Notes under the pieces: model-generated
Told to the model about the DNA's origin: nothing
What the model saw: the letters and a program-made list of their open reading frames with translations, nothing else
Database searches by the model: none
Made by a program: the position numbers and the translations under genes
NCBI GenBank assembly: GCA_012839765.1
Contig: DUMW01000031.1
Span: 11,829-75,828, forward strand
DNA from: Bacillota bacterium
GTDB lineage: Bacteria > Bacillota > Limnochordia > DUMW01
DNA: 64,000 nucleotides
Direction of reading: 5' to 3'
Part shown: one piece after another, positions 18,733-27,848 of the stretch
How the letters are laid out: each line of letters opens with the position of its first letter
Numbering within the stretch: position 1 is the first letter of the stretch

Positions 18733-20817
18733 GTGCGCACCATTGTTAGTGTTTTGCTGATCTTCTTGATTGCTTTTACTGCCCTACCGGTAGCCGCGGC
18801 TAGCATCCGCCGTCCGACAGTCTACATCGATCAGAGCAGAGAGTTTCTATTCCGCTTGTCCTGGGATCTAGCCCGGATGCTGCGGGAGCGGTATGTGGTC
18901 ACCGTGGGCGAGTGCACTCTGACGCCAGAGGTTTTGGCTCCCTATGATGTCCTGATTCTCCCCGTCTCCCGCCAGGTGGGGTATACGGCCCAGGAGTTAG
19001 TGGCCATTGAGGACTTTCTAAAGCGGGGGGGCGGCGTACTGGTGTTGGACTTTTCCCGTTCCGTCAGTGAACCGGCCCACCAGATCTTGGCCCATTTGCA
19101 GGTACCCCTGCGGGGTGGCAGTACGGCCGCAGTGGGGGAACTGACCAGTGGGGCCCAAGGACCCTTGGGGGTTACTGCCACGGGCAAGACCATCAATATC
19201 TTGGGGTCTGGCTTTGAGGTGACCGTCACCGACCGGAATCAGCGGCCGGTGCTGGTGGAAGGTGGCTTTGGGGCCGGGCGGTTAGCGGTGGCTGGAGACG
19301 AAGGGATCCTGCTTACCAATGACTACTCTAAGCTTACCGCCGGGGCCTTGGAACTGGTGGAGCGGTTAGCGGGAAATCTGTCGGGAGAGCCCCGGGATGT
19401 TATCCCGGACAGGTTGTACCCGGAGCATACCCTCCAGCACGGCACCATCACCCTCTATTACTCCCAGGTCCTCGCGCAGTACGTGGAATTCTTGGTGGAA
19501 CATGCCGATGAGGCCTTTGATTTTATCGGCAAACTCCACGGTCATGAGCTGCCCGCGGGATTACGGGTGGTACTGTTGGCCTGCGCTGGTAGTGGTTATT
19601 CTGCCCATGGCGAAGTGGGGATCGGGGTTTTAGGGGAAGCAGCTAATGTGATCGACGTCTTCGGCCATGAATTGACCCATGAGTGGGTCTGGCCTGCGAA
19701 GATGCCGTCTTCCATCGAAGAGGGTTGGGCCTCCCTGGCCGGGGCCCGGCTATGCGCGTATCTGGGTTTCGACGATTACGCCCAAAGGCAGCAGGCGAGC
19801 TATGCCAATGCCTTCGAGCGGACCAAGGCGGAGTTGGGACACCTTGATCTGCTCACCGGCCACCAGACCGAAGGGGTGCATTGGGCCGGGCACATGGGCA
19901 AGACCATGTACCTGGTGAAAAGGGCAGAAGAACTCTATGGACCCACCTTCACCCCGGACTTCTTCACCCTGGCTATTGAGCGGATCCAGCGGGGTGAGGC
20001 TAGCAGTCCGCTGACCATCGAAGATATTGCCCGGATCGCTGGTACTCTGCTTCAGATGGATCCGGAACTGGTCTACGATCACCTACGGGGTGCTGCCTAC
20101 ATTGAGGTAAGCTCTCCTAAGGCCGGTGCCTATGTGCGGGGGGATTTGCCCTTGGAAGTTCGGATTCCCCAGGGAAAGGACCACCGGGTCCGGGTGACCC
20201 TCAACGATCAAGAGCTTTACGTGGGACCCTGGGAGCCTTTGGTGATTGATACCACGGTCTTCCCCGATGGGGAGTACCGGCTTACCCTGGAGCTTTTTGC
20301 CCAGGATACCCTGGTGAACCGCCAGACGCTGACCATCTATCTGGACAACTGGCAGCGGGTGGAGGATCATCTCCGGCCGCCGTTGGAGTCCCCCTGGTTT
20401 GGGACGGTAAAGCAATCCCGCTACCTGGATTGTACCCCCGGCTGGCGCCATGATACCGATCGGGCCCAGGATTTCTTCGGTGATGCCCACCGCTTGACCT
20501 GTGTGGGAGAAGCCCTGGAATCGGTAATCTATGCCGCGGTGGAGGTGCGGGAGTTTGCCGTTACCGTATATGCCAAGGGCGACAGCCTGCAGGGCATCCT
20601 CGCGGTGGAGGTCTCCCCGGATCAAGTAGAATGGAGCCCCCTACCCTATGAGGAGGAAGTTGTAGAGGTGGCCGGGGACTGGCGCAAGGTGATCATCAGC
20701 GGTAGGGAGCTTCCCAGTGCCGGTACCAGCTTCTTACGGATCACCGTGGATGGCAGCCAGGTGCCGCCAGAAAATGTGGTCCTGGGGTATGTGGAGTATA
20801 TCGCAAAGGTGGAATAG
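18733..20817 (+). CDS. paralog of preceding gene with extra Ig-like and C-terminal beta-rich domains
   Basis: Shares DQSREFLFR, RVVLLACAGSGY, GEVGIGVLGE, GHELTHEWV and SPLTI with 17316-18707; IEVSSPKAGAYVRG Ig-like segment. Confidence 0.65.
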   Translation: MRTIVSVLLIFLIAFTALPVAAASIRRPTVYIDQSREFLFRLSWDLARMLRERYVVTVGECTLTPEVLAPYDVLILPVSRQVGYTAQELVAIEDFLKRGGGVLVLDFSRSVSEPAHQILAHLQVPLRGGSTAAVGELTSGAQGPLGVTATGKTINILGSGFEVTVTDRNQRPVLVEGGFGAGRLAVAGDEGILLTNDYSKLTAGALELVERLAGNLSGEPRDVIPDRLYPEHTLQHGTITLYYSQVLAQYVEFLVEHADEAFDFIGKLHGHELPAGLRVVLLACAGSGYSAHGEVGIGVLGEAANVIDVFGHELTHEWVWPAKMPSSIEEGWASLAGARLCAYLGFDDYAQRQQASYANAFERTKAELGHLDLLTGHQTEGVHWAGHMGKTMYLVKRAEELYGPTFTPDFFTLAIERIQRGEASSPLTIEDIARIAGTLLQMDPELVYDHLRGAAYIEVSSPKAGAYVRGDLPLEVRIPQGKDHRVRVTLNDQELYVGPWEPLVIDTTVFPDGEYRLTLELFAQDTLVNRQTLTIYLDNWQRVEDHLRPPLESPWFGTVKQSRYLDCTPGWRHDTDRAQDFFGDAHRLTCVGEALESVIYAAVEVREFAVTVYAKGDSLQGILAVEVSPDQVEWSPLPYEEEVVEVAGDWRKVIISGRELPSAGTSFLRITVDGSQVPPENVVLGYVEYIAKVE

Positions 20818-20830
20818 ACCTTAGTACATC

Positions 20831-20861
20831 AATCGGCACAGCTTTCCAGGCTGTGCCGATT
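20831..20861 (+). terminator. hairpin downstream of peptidase pair
   Basis: AATCGGCACAGC-tttccag-GCTGTGCCGATT. Confidence 0.55.
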
Positions 20862-20963
20862 CCACGTTCAGGGGAAAACCTCCAAAGTGGGAACTGTTAA
20901 AAGGATCGGGTTTGTGGTATTGTACAAGATGGGAAACTATCATGGTTGAAGGAAGGTTATGTT

Positions 20964-22583
20964 ATGGAGATTGTAATTGGACTTGCCGGTGGGTTGGCCC
21001 TGTTTCTCTTTGGTATCGAGCAGATGTCCGAAGGCCTGCAACAAGCAGCCGGTCGTCGGTTGAGTAATGTACTTAGTTTCTTGACGAAAAACACCTTTGT
21101 CGGCGTGTTGTCAGGTCTTATCCTTACCATGTTGATCCAAAGCAGCAGTGCTACTACGGTGATGCTGGTGGGCTTTGTGAAGGCGGGATTGATGACTTTA
21201 CAACAGACCATCGGTCCTATCCTTGGGGCTAACATCGGTACCACCATTACGGTCCAGATGGTCTCCCTTAAACTGACAGATCTGGCTTTGCCCGCTGTGG
21301 CCCTTGGTTTTGTGTTGTACTTTGGTGGCAAGTCTAGACGGTGGAAACTAATCGGGGAGAGCATCCTTGGGTTTGGTCTTCTTTTCCATGGGATGGAGCT
21401 GATGTCCACCAGTCTTGAGCCCCTACGGAATAGTGCTGTATTTGCCGACATCATCGCTCAGTTTGCCCAGCATCCCATGCTGGGGGTCTTGATAGGGATT
21501 ATCGGTACTGCCATCGTGCAAAGTAGTAGTGCTTTTACCGCAGTGGTGCTGGCTTTGGCCATGCAGGACTTGGTTACCCTGGAGTCCGGTGTTGCGTTGG
21601 TGTTGGGAAGCAATATTGGCACCTGTGTCACCACGTTGTTGGCTTCCATTGGAGGCGGCGTGACTGCTTTGCGGGTGGCGGTGGCCCACCTTTTATTTAA
21701 TACCGTGGGCGTTGTTCTTTTCCTCCTTATCTTCAACCCCTTTACTTCTCTGGTCAGCCTGACCTCTCCAGTGGTGGCGCGGCAGCTGGCCAACGCGCAT
21801 ACCCTCTTTAACGTGGCCAATACCTTGTTGTTCCTGCCCTTTGTTGGGGTTTTTGTGAAGTTTTTGGAGCGCATCATTCCCGGCGAAGACGAGATCGTGG
21901 AACGGCGTGTCAAATACCTGGATGTCAGTGCCCTGAAGTATCCCCGGGTTTCCTTGGAACTGGCTGCTAAGGAGATCAACCGGATGGCGACTTATACCGA
22001 GGCGATGCTGTCCGGGGCCCGAAAAGCCTTTCTAGAGGGGAACCGCGACTCCATCTACAAGGTGCAGCAGAGTGAGGATCTGGTGGACATGCTCCAAGAG
22101 GAGATTCTGGAGTACATGTCTAGTTTGTTGACGAGCAATATAAACCTTTCCGATGTGGAGTCGGAGCGGGCTACCGGTTTAATGATGGTAGTCAATGACA
22201 TTGAACGAATTGCAGACCATGCCAACAATATTGCGGAATTTGCCCAGGTGATGATGGATGATGAATTGAAGTTCTCCGAAGAGGCCACCGCTCAACTTAC
22301 GAAGATGTTTGACCTAGTGCAGGAGATGGTACGGCTTAGTGTGCAGGTCTTGGCCAATCAGGACAAGGAAGCCGCGCAGAAAATCTGGGATATTGAACGA
22401 CTGGTGGACGAGATGGAGGAAGAGATGCGCCAGGGCCATATGAAACGGATGTACGAAGGAGTCTGCATCCCCCGGGCGGGGATTGTCTATGTGGAGATGG
22501 TGACGAACCTGGAGCGGATTGGCGACCACACTACAAACATTGCGGATATGGTCCTCACGGACCAATTGCCCGCTTCCAAGTAG
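20964..22583 (+). CDS. Na+/Pi cotransporter family protein with PhoU-like repeats
   Basis: QSSSAT and QSSSAF repeats, GANIGTT/GSNIGTC, C-terminal ERIADH and ERIGDH PhoU motifs. Confidence 0.92.
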   Translation: MEIVIGLAGGLALFLFGIEQMSEGLQQAAGRRLSNVLSFLTKNTFVGVLSGLILTMLIQSSSATTVMLVGFVKAGLMTLQQTIGPILGANIGTTITVQMVSLKLTDLALPAVALGFVLYFGGKSRRWKLIGESILGFGLLFHGMELMSTSLEPLRNSAVFADIIAQFAQHPMLGVLIGIIGTAIVQSSSAFTAVVLALAMQDLVTLESGVALVLGSNIGTCVTTLLASIGGGVTALRVAVAHLLFNTVGVVLFLLIFNPFTSLVSLTSPVVARQLANAHTLFNVANTLLFLPFVGVFVKFLERIIPGEDEIVERRVKYLDVSALKYPRVSLELAAKEINRMATYTEAMLSGARKAFLEGNRDSIYKVQQSEDLVDMLQEEILEYMSSLLTSNINLSDVESERATGLMMVVNDIERIADHANNIAEFAQVMMDDELKFSEEATAQLTKMFDLVQEMVRLSVQVLANQDKEAAQKIWDIERLVDEMEEEMRQGHMKRMYEGVCIPRAGIVYVEMVTNLERIGDHTTNIADMVLTDQLPASK

Positions 22584-22591
22584 CCAATCAC

Positions 22592-22615
22592 GCCCCCGTT
22601 TGGGGGCTTTTTTTT
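22592..22615 (+). terminator. intrinsic terminator of Na/Pi transporter
   Basis: GCCCCC-gttt-GGGGGC followed by T8. Confidence 0.8.
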
Positions 22616-22617
22616 AT

Positions 22618-22689
22618 TGGAGCGGGCGAGAGGACTTGCACCTCTACCTTCCGGTGGGACCGGACGTCATACTCTTTGACCACGCCCGC
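22618..22689 (-). tRNA. atypical tRNA-Gly(CCC)-like gene, 72 nt, with encoded CCA
   Basis: GCGGGCG-TG-GTCA-AAGAGTA-TGAC-G-TCCGG-TCCCA-CCGGA-AGGT-AGAGG-TGCAAGT-CCTCT-CGCCCGC-T-CCA: four paired stems, G1-C72/C2-G71/G3-C70/U73 and CCC; non-canonical T-loop, D-loop and anticodon arm. Confidence 0.85.
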
Positions 22690-22848
22690 TCGGTGTCTTT
22701 AGCATAATTCTATGCGGTGACTGGGATAATATGCCGAAGGGATCTGGATACTATACCTTAGACGGCGATTTGGGGACTAATTTGCAGAAAGTGGGACCTA
22801 AGTCCCCAAAAACCATAGGTATCGGCCATGAATGGCAAATTACACCTA

Positions 22849-22876
22849 TTGCGCTCCCGAAGGATTGTGCTACAAT
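22849..22876 (+). promoter_or_regulatory. sigmaA promoter of ctsR operon
   Basis: TTGCGC-16 bp-TACAAT with extended -10 TG. Confidence 0.6.
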
Positions 22877-22886
22877 AAGGGCGAAA

Positions 22887-22903
22887 GGTCAAGAAAGGTC
22901 AAA
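22887..22903 (+). promoter_or_regulatory. CtsR operator
   Basis: GGTCAAG-AAA-GGTCAAA versus consensus RGTCAAA-NAN-RGTCAAA. Confidence 0.85.
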
Positions 22904-22956
22904 GATGTGGAAAGGGCCTCGTAAAGCAGGTTAGACGATGACGAGTCTCCCGGGTC

Positions 22957-22973
22957 TTTGACCTTGCTTGACA
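22957..22973 (-). promoter_or_regulatory. second CtsR operator, inverted orientation
   Basis: Minus strand TGTCAAG-CAA-GGTCAAA. Confidence 0.65.
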
Positions 22974-23019
22974 TTGTGAAAGGGAGGTAGCAACTCGTTC
23001 TAGGAAAGGATGTGTTGGG

Positions 23020-23484
23020 ATGACCTTAGCCGATCTGATTGAGCAGTATATCAAAAAACTGCTGGTCAGCACGGCCACCGATATGGTAATCATTCGGCGC
23101 CAAGAGCTTGCGCAGATGTTTGACTGCGTACCCTCCCAGATAAATTACGTGCTGCAAACCCGTTTTACCCCGGAAAAGGGGTACATCGTGGAAAGTAGGC
23201 GGGGCGGTGGCGGATATATCCGCATCGTCCGCATGGAAGCTCCTAGCCGGGGCGAGGTGATCAGGAACCTGATCTTGAACATCCGCCCCCCCATGGAGCA
23301 GCGGGAAGTGGAGGAGGTCTTGGAACAGCTGGTTGACTTGGATGTGTTGGAGGAACGGACGGCAGCGTGGTTAAGAACCTTGATCAGGCACGAGTGTAAT
23401 GAGTACAACCCCGAAATCGCAGACTATGTGAGGGCGTCATTGCTTAAGGTGACCTTGCTGATGAAGTTAGGAGAGAACTCCTAG
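23020..23484 (+). CDS. ctsR: class III heat-shock repressor CtsR
   Basis: LADLIEQYIK, FDCVPSQINYVLQTRF, VESRRGGGGYIRI. Confidence 0.97.
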   Translation: MTLADLIEQYIKKLLVSTATDMVIIRRQELAQMFDCVPSQINYVLQTRFTPEKGYIVESRRGGGGYIRIVRMEAPSRGEVIRNLILNIRPPMEQREVEEVLEQLVDLDVLEERTAAWLRTLIRHECNEYNPEIADYVRASLLKVTLLMKLGENS

Positions 23485-23507
23485 GGAGGCACGGAAGGGA
23501 GTATTCA

Positions 23508-24020
23508 ATGATGCTTTGCGAAAAATGCAACAAGCGCATGGCGACGGTACACCTGACGAAGATTATTAATAATAAGAAAAGTGAGATGCATCTGTGTCAA
23601 GAATGTGCCAAGGAATCGGGTGAATTCGAGTTTACTTTCCAACCGTCCTTCGGTTTTCAAAACCTGATTAGCGATCTATTTGAACCGGGTCCCTTCACCG
23701 TGGGGATCGGTGAACGAAACCGCTGTTCAGTATGCGGCATGAGTCTTGCGGACTTCAAGCAGACGGGTCGGTTAGGCTGTGGACATTGCTATGAGGTCTA
23801 TGCCCAGCAGTTGCTGCCCATCTTGCACCGGGTCCAAAAGGGCCAGGAGCACATTGGCAAGGTGCCCCACCGGGCTGGGGAGCACCTTAAGGATAAGCGC
23901 CGGATGGAAAGGCTCAGGGCCCAACTCCAGGAGGCCATTGCCAAGGAGGAATACGAGCGGGCCGCGGAGATCCGGGACGAACTGCGCAGGTTGGAGCGGC
24001 AGATGGGGATAGGAGGTTAG
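23508..24020 (+). CDS. mcsA: McsA (CxxC motifs, UVR domain)
   Basis: CEKC, CQEC, CSVC, GRLGCGHCY; C-terminal EEYERAAEIRDEL. Confidence 0.95.
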   Translation: MMLCEKCNKRMATVHLTKIINNKKSEMHLCQECAKESGEFEFTFQPSFGFQNLISDLFEPGPFTVGIGERNRCSVCGMSLADFKQTGRLGCGHCYEVYAQQLLPILHRVQKGQEHIGKVPHRAGEHLKDKRRMERLRAQLQEAIAKEEYERAAEIRDELRRLERQMGIGG

Positions 24021-24024
24021 GACC

Positions 24025-25098
24025 ATGGGTTTGGAGGATTTGCTGCGGAACAATATGAGTTATTGGATGCGGGGAAAGGGACCGGCCAACGATATCGTTT
24101 TGGCCAGTCGGATTCGTTTGGCCCGGAACCTAGATGGGATTCCGTTTCCGTCGGTGGCCTCCGATGACGAACTGAACCGGGTGCTAAAGCAGGTGCAGGC
24201 GGTGGCCAAAAACAGCCGGGACCTGGGGGAGTATCGCTGGATTGCCCTTTCGGAGACTTCCCCGCTGCAGCGGCAATTGTTGGTGGAACGGCATTTGATT
24301 AGCCCCAACCACTGTGAGAACGTCCGGTACAAGGCCGTGGTCCTGCGGAATGACGAAGCGGTGAGCATCATGGTCAACGAGGAGGACCACCTGCGGTTAC
24401 AGGTGATCTATCCTGGATTGCAGTTGAAGGCCGCTTGGGAACTGTGTAATGAGGTTGACGATTACTACGAATCCCGGTTGGATTACGCCTTCTCCGACCA
24501 GGTGGGCTATTTGACCTGTTGCCCCACCAACGTGGGAACCGGGTTGCGGGCCTCGGTAATGGTGCATTTGCCGGCCCTGGCTATTGGGAACCAGATCCAG
24601 GGTGTGTTGTCCACTATCTCCCAGTTCGGGGTAACGGTCCGGGGCTTATATGGAGAAGGTACCGAGTCCGCAGGGAATATTTATCAGATCTCGAATCGGG
24701 TGACCTTAGGTGTTACCGAAGAAGATATCATGCAGCATTTGGACAATATCACCAGGCAGGTACTGGAGCAGGAACGGAGTGCGAGGGAACAGCTTTTGAA
24801 AAAGTCGAAGCTGCAGCTGGAGGACCTGGTCTACCGGGCCCTGGGGACCTTGGCCCACGCGCGGATTTTGAGTACCAGTGAGACCTTGGAATTGCTAAGC
24901 AGCCTGCGTTTGGGTATTGATTTGGAACTGGTACAGAACTTCGATCCGGCGGTATTGCAGGAATTGTTGGTGAGTATTCGGCCGGCCCACCTGCAGGAGC
25001 TGATGGGCCGGGATATGGACGCCCATGAGCGGGATGCCTACCGTGCCGCTTTGGTACGGGAGCGCATAAGAGCAGGCGGACAAAAGGACAATAACTAG
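24025..25098 (+). CDS. mcsB: protein-arginine kinase McsB
   Basis: SRIRLARN, VERHLISP, NEEDHLR, YLTCCPTNVGTGLRAS, GLYGEG. Confidence 0.97.
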   Translation: MGLEDLLRNNMSYWMRGKGPANDIVLASRIRLARNLDGIPFPSVASDDELNRVLKQVQAVAKNSRDLGEYRWIALSETSPLQRQLLVERHLISPNHCENVRYKAVVLRNDEAVSIMVNEEDHLRLQVIYPGLQLKAAWELCNEVDDYYESRLDYAFSDQVGYLTCCPTNVGTGLRASVMVHLPALAIGNQIQGVLSTISQFGVTVRGLYGEGTESAGNIYQISNRVTLGVTEEDIMQHLDNITRQVLEQERSAREQLLKKSKLQLEDLVYRALGTLAHARILSTSETLELLSSLRLGIDLELVQNFDPAVLQELLVSIRPAHLQELMGRDMDAHERDAYRAALVRERIRAGGQKDNN

Positions 25099-25116
25099 GG
25101 AGGAAGGTGACGGCAA

Positions 25117-27573
25117 ATGTTCAGCAGGTTTACGGAACGGGCACAGAGGACTATCATCTTTTCCCAGGAAGAAGCCCGCAGACTCGGGCACAACGTGGTG
25201 GGAACTGAGCATATCCTTTTGGGTTTAATAAAAGAAGGTGACGGAGTCGCCGCGAAGGCCCTACAGAGTTTGGGCATTCGCTTGGATCAGGTGCAGGAGG
25301 AAGTAGAAAGGATCGTCGGCCGGGGCGATGCCAAGCTGACGGGACCCGCGTTGGGGTTCACTCCCCGGGCAAAACGTGTATTGGAACTGTCCCTGGAGGA
25401 GGCCCGCCGGTTGGGCCACACCTATGTGGGTACGGAACACATCCTCCTTGGGCTCATCCGGGAGGGTGAGGGTGTGGCCGCCCAGGTACTTAGGAACCTG
25501 GGGGCCGATGTGGAAAAGATTCGCTATCAGGTGGTGGAGCTGCTCAATGGCGGAGGCACCACCAGCAAGAAGCCAGGGCGGCAAAGCAAACGGGAGGCCA
25601 AAACGCCGACTTTGGATCAGTTTGGTCGGGATCTTACGGAGATGGCGGAGGAAGGCAAACTAGATCCGGTTATCGGCCGGGAAAAAGAGATTGAACGGGT
25701 CATGCAGATCCTGAGCCGGCGGACCAAGAACAACCCCTGCTTGATCGGTGAACCGGGGGTGGGTAAGACCGCCATTGCCGAAGGTTTGGCCCAGCGCATC
25801 GTCGATGGGGATGTGCCCGAACTGCTGTTGAATAAGCGGGTGGTGACCTTGGATCTGGGTGCCATGGTGGCGGGTTCCAAGTTCCGGGGCGAATTTGAGG
25901 AGCGGCTGAAGAAGGTAATCGATGAGATCCGCAACGCGGGTAACGTGATCCTGTTCATCGATGAGTTGCATACCATCGTGGGAGCCGGTGCCGCGGAGGG
26001 AGCGATCGATGCTTCTAATATCTTGAAGCCAGCCCTGGCCCGGGGCGAACTGCAGACCATCGGAGCCACCACCCTCGATGAGTACCGCAAGTACGTGGAA
26101 AAGGATGCGGCCTTGGAACGTCGGTTCCAACCCATCATGGTGGAAGAGCCTACGGTGGAGGAGACGGTGCAGATCCTGATGGGACTTAGGGATCGCTATG
26201 AAGCCCATCACCGGGTGAAGATCACCGATGAGGCCCTGAAGGCGGCGGCCCAGCTTTCCAACCGGTTTGTGGCGGACCGCTACCTGCCGGACAAAGCTAT
26301 CGATTTGGTGGATGAGGCGGCCTCCAAGGTGCGCTTGAAGGGTCTAGTGGCTCCGCCGGAGCTGAAGCAACTGGAGAAGGAGATCGAGGAGATCTGCCTG
26401 GAAAAGGACTCCGCGATTAGAAACGAAGAATTCGAAAAGGCCGCAAAGCTGCGGGACAAAGAGCAAAAGCTGCGGAAGGAATTGGAACAGCGCCATCAGG
26501 AATGGAAGAGCAACAGCAACCGGGCCGAGGGTACGGTGACCGCCGAGGATATTGCCGAGGTAGTCAGCAGCTGGACGGGGATCCCGGTGCGCCAGCTGAC
26601 CCAGGAAGAGACCGAACGGTTGCTGAATCTAGAGGAAGAACTGCACAGGCGAGTGGTGGGCCAGAAAGAAGCGGTGGAGGCGGTTTCCAAGGCCATTCGC
26701 CGGGCCTACGCGGGCCTCAAGGACCCAAAGCGGCCTGTGGGCTCCTTCATCTTCCTGGGACCCACGGGGGTCGGTAAGACGGAGCTGGCCCGGGCCTTGG
26801 CCGAAGCCCTCTTTGGCGATGAAGACTCTATGATCCGCCTTGATATGAGTGAGTACCAGGAGCGGCACACGGTGGCCCGCCTGGTGGGAGCACCTCCGGG
26901 CTATGTGGGATACGAAGAAGGGGGACAGCTGACGGAAAAGGTGCGGCGCCGACCCTATTCGGTGGTCCTTTTGGATGAAATCGAGAAGGCGCACCCCGAG
27001 GTCTTCAATATCCTGTTGCAGGTCTTGGAGGATGGTCGCCTGACCGATGCCCAGGGACGCACCGTCAGTTTCCGGAACACGGTGCTGATCATGACCTCTA
27101 ACGTTGGCGCCAGTGAGCTGGATCAGGATTCGGCCATTGGCTTCCGGGTCAATGTGGACGAAAAGGCGGAGCACGAAGATATGCGGAAGCGGGTCATCGA
27201 GTCGTTGCGGCGGACCTTCCGGCCCGAGTTCATCAACCGGATCGATGAGATTATCGTGTTCCACGCCCTGAATAAGGAGCACATCCGGCAGATTGCCGAC
27301 ATTATGCTCCGGGAGACCAGGGAGCAGCTGCGGGAGCAGGATGTGGACATCGTGGTCACCGATGCCGCCAAGGAGGTCCTGATCGAGGAAGGCTTCGATC
27401 ACAAATATGGTGCGAGACCTTTGCGTCGGGCAATTCAAAGGCTATTGGAAAACCCACTTTCGGACCTCATCCTCGAAGGCAGGTTCAAGGCGGGGGACGT
27501 GATTGTGGTGGGCGCAGAGGACAAGAAGTTGGTCTTCAACCGGCAGGAGGAACCTTCGCCGGTGGAGAGATAG
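25117..27573 (+). CDS. clpC: ATP-dependent Clp protease ATP-binding subunit ClpC
   Basis: Two Clp-N repeats, [11 protein letters not shown] middle domain, [15 protein letters not shown]. Confidence 0.97.
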   Translation: MFSRFTERAQRTIIFSQEEARRLGHNVVGTEHILLGLIKEGDGVAAKALQSLGIRLDQVQEEVERIVGRGDAKLTGPALGFTPRAKRVLELSLEEARRLGHTYVGTEHILLGLIREGEGVAAQVLRNLGADVEKIRYQVVELLNGGGTTSKKPGRQSKREAKTPTLDQFGRDLTEMAEEGKLDPVIGREKEIERVMQILSRRTKNNPCLIGEPGVGKTAIAEGLAQRIVDGDVPELLLNKRVVTLDLGAMVAGSKFRGEFEERLKKVIDEIRNAGNVILFIDELHTIVGAGAAEGAIDASNILKPALARGELQTIGATTLDEYRKYVEKDAALERRFQPIMVEEPTVEETVQILMGLRDRYEAHHRVKITDEALKAAAQLSNRFVADRYLPDKAIDLVDEAASKVRLKGLVAPPELKQLEKEIEEICLEKDSAIRNEEFEKAAKLRDKEQKLRKELEQRHQEWKSNSNRAEGTVTAEDIAEVVSSWTGIPVRQLTQEETERLLNLEEELHRRVVGQKEAVEAVSKAIRRAYAGLKDPKRPVGSFIFLGPTGVGKTELARALAEALFGDEDSMIRLDMSEYQERHTVARLVGAPPGYVGYEEGGQLTEKVRRRPYSVVLLDEIEKAHPEVFNILLQVLEDGRLTDAQGRTVSFRNTVLIMTSNVGASELDQDSAIGFRVNVDEKAEHEDMRKRVIESLRRTFRPEFINRIDEIIVFHALNKEHIRQIADIMLRETREQLREQDVDIVVTDAAKEVLIEEGFDHKYGARPLRRAIQRLLENPLSDLILEGRFKAGDVIVVGAEDKKLVFNRQEEPSPVER

Positions 27574-27579
27574 TCGAGG

Positions 27580-27607
27580 GAGGGGGCGACAGTTGCCCCC
27601 TCTTTTG
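27580..27607 (+). terminator. intrinsic terminator after clpC
   Basis: GAGGGGGC...GCCCCCTC followed by TTTTG. Confidence 0.75.
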
Positions 27608-27771
27608 TTATGACTTGGAAAGCTTGGTCTTTCCTTGCCTTAGCCCAGTGGCTGGGGGCTAGGAGTCTGGGGGAGTATAGAAGCGAAGACAGAGATAGAA
27701 TTGTATTAACAATTTTGGAAATAGATGTTCTTAGGCTGGGCAAAGGGCGGCAAATAGGCACTCTTGCTTGC

Positions 27772-27800
27772 TTGTGTTGAACTGGGGCTAATGATATAAT
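27772..27800 (+). promoter_or_regulatory. sigmaA promoter of radA-disA
   Basis: TTGTGT-17 bp-TATAAT with extended -10 TG. Confidence 0.65.
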
Positions 27801-27848
27801 TGACCATAGGAGGGTAGGCAGGGAATACCGATAGGTTGAGGCGTTTGC

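Noticed and set aside
14987-22617. Integrated island at the tRNA 3' end
   Set aside because: No duplicated tRNA 3' end (att site), integrase or transposase was found, so it is not called a mobile element.
22618-22689. Reading the tRNA as tRNA-Trp(CCA)
   Set aside because: U33 places CCC, not CCA, at 34-36, and U73 with G1-C72/C2-G71/G3-C70 are Gly determinants.
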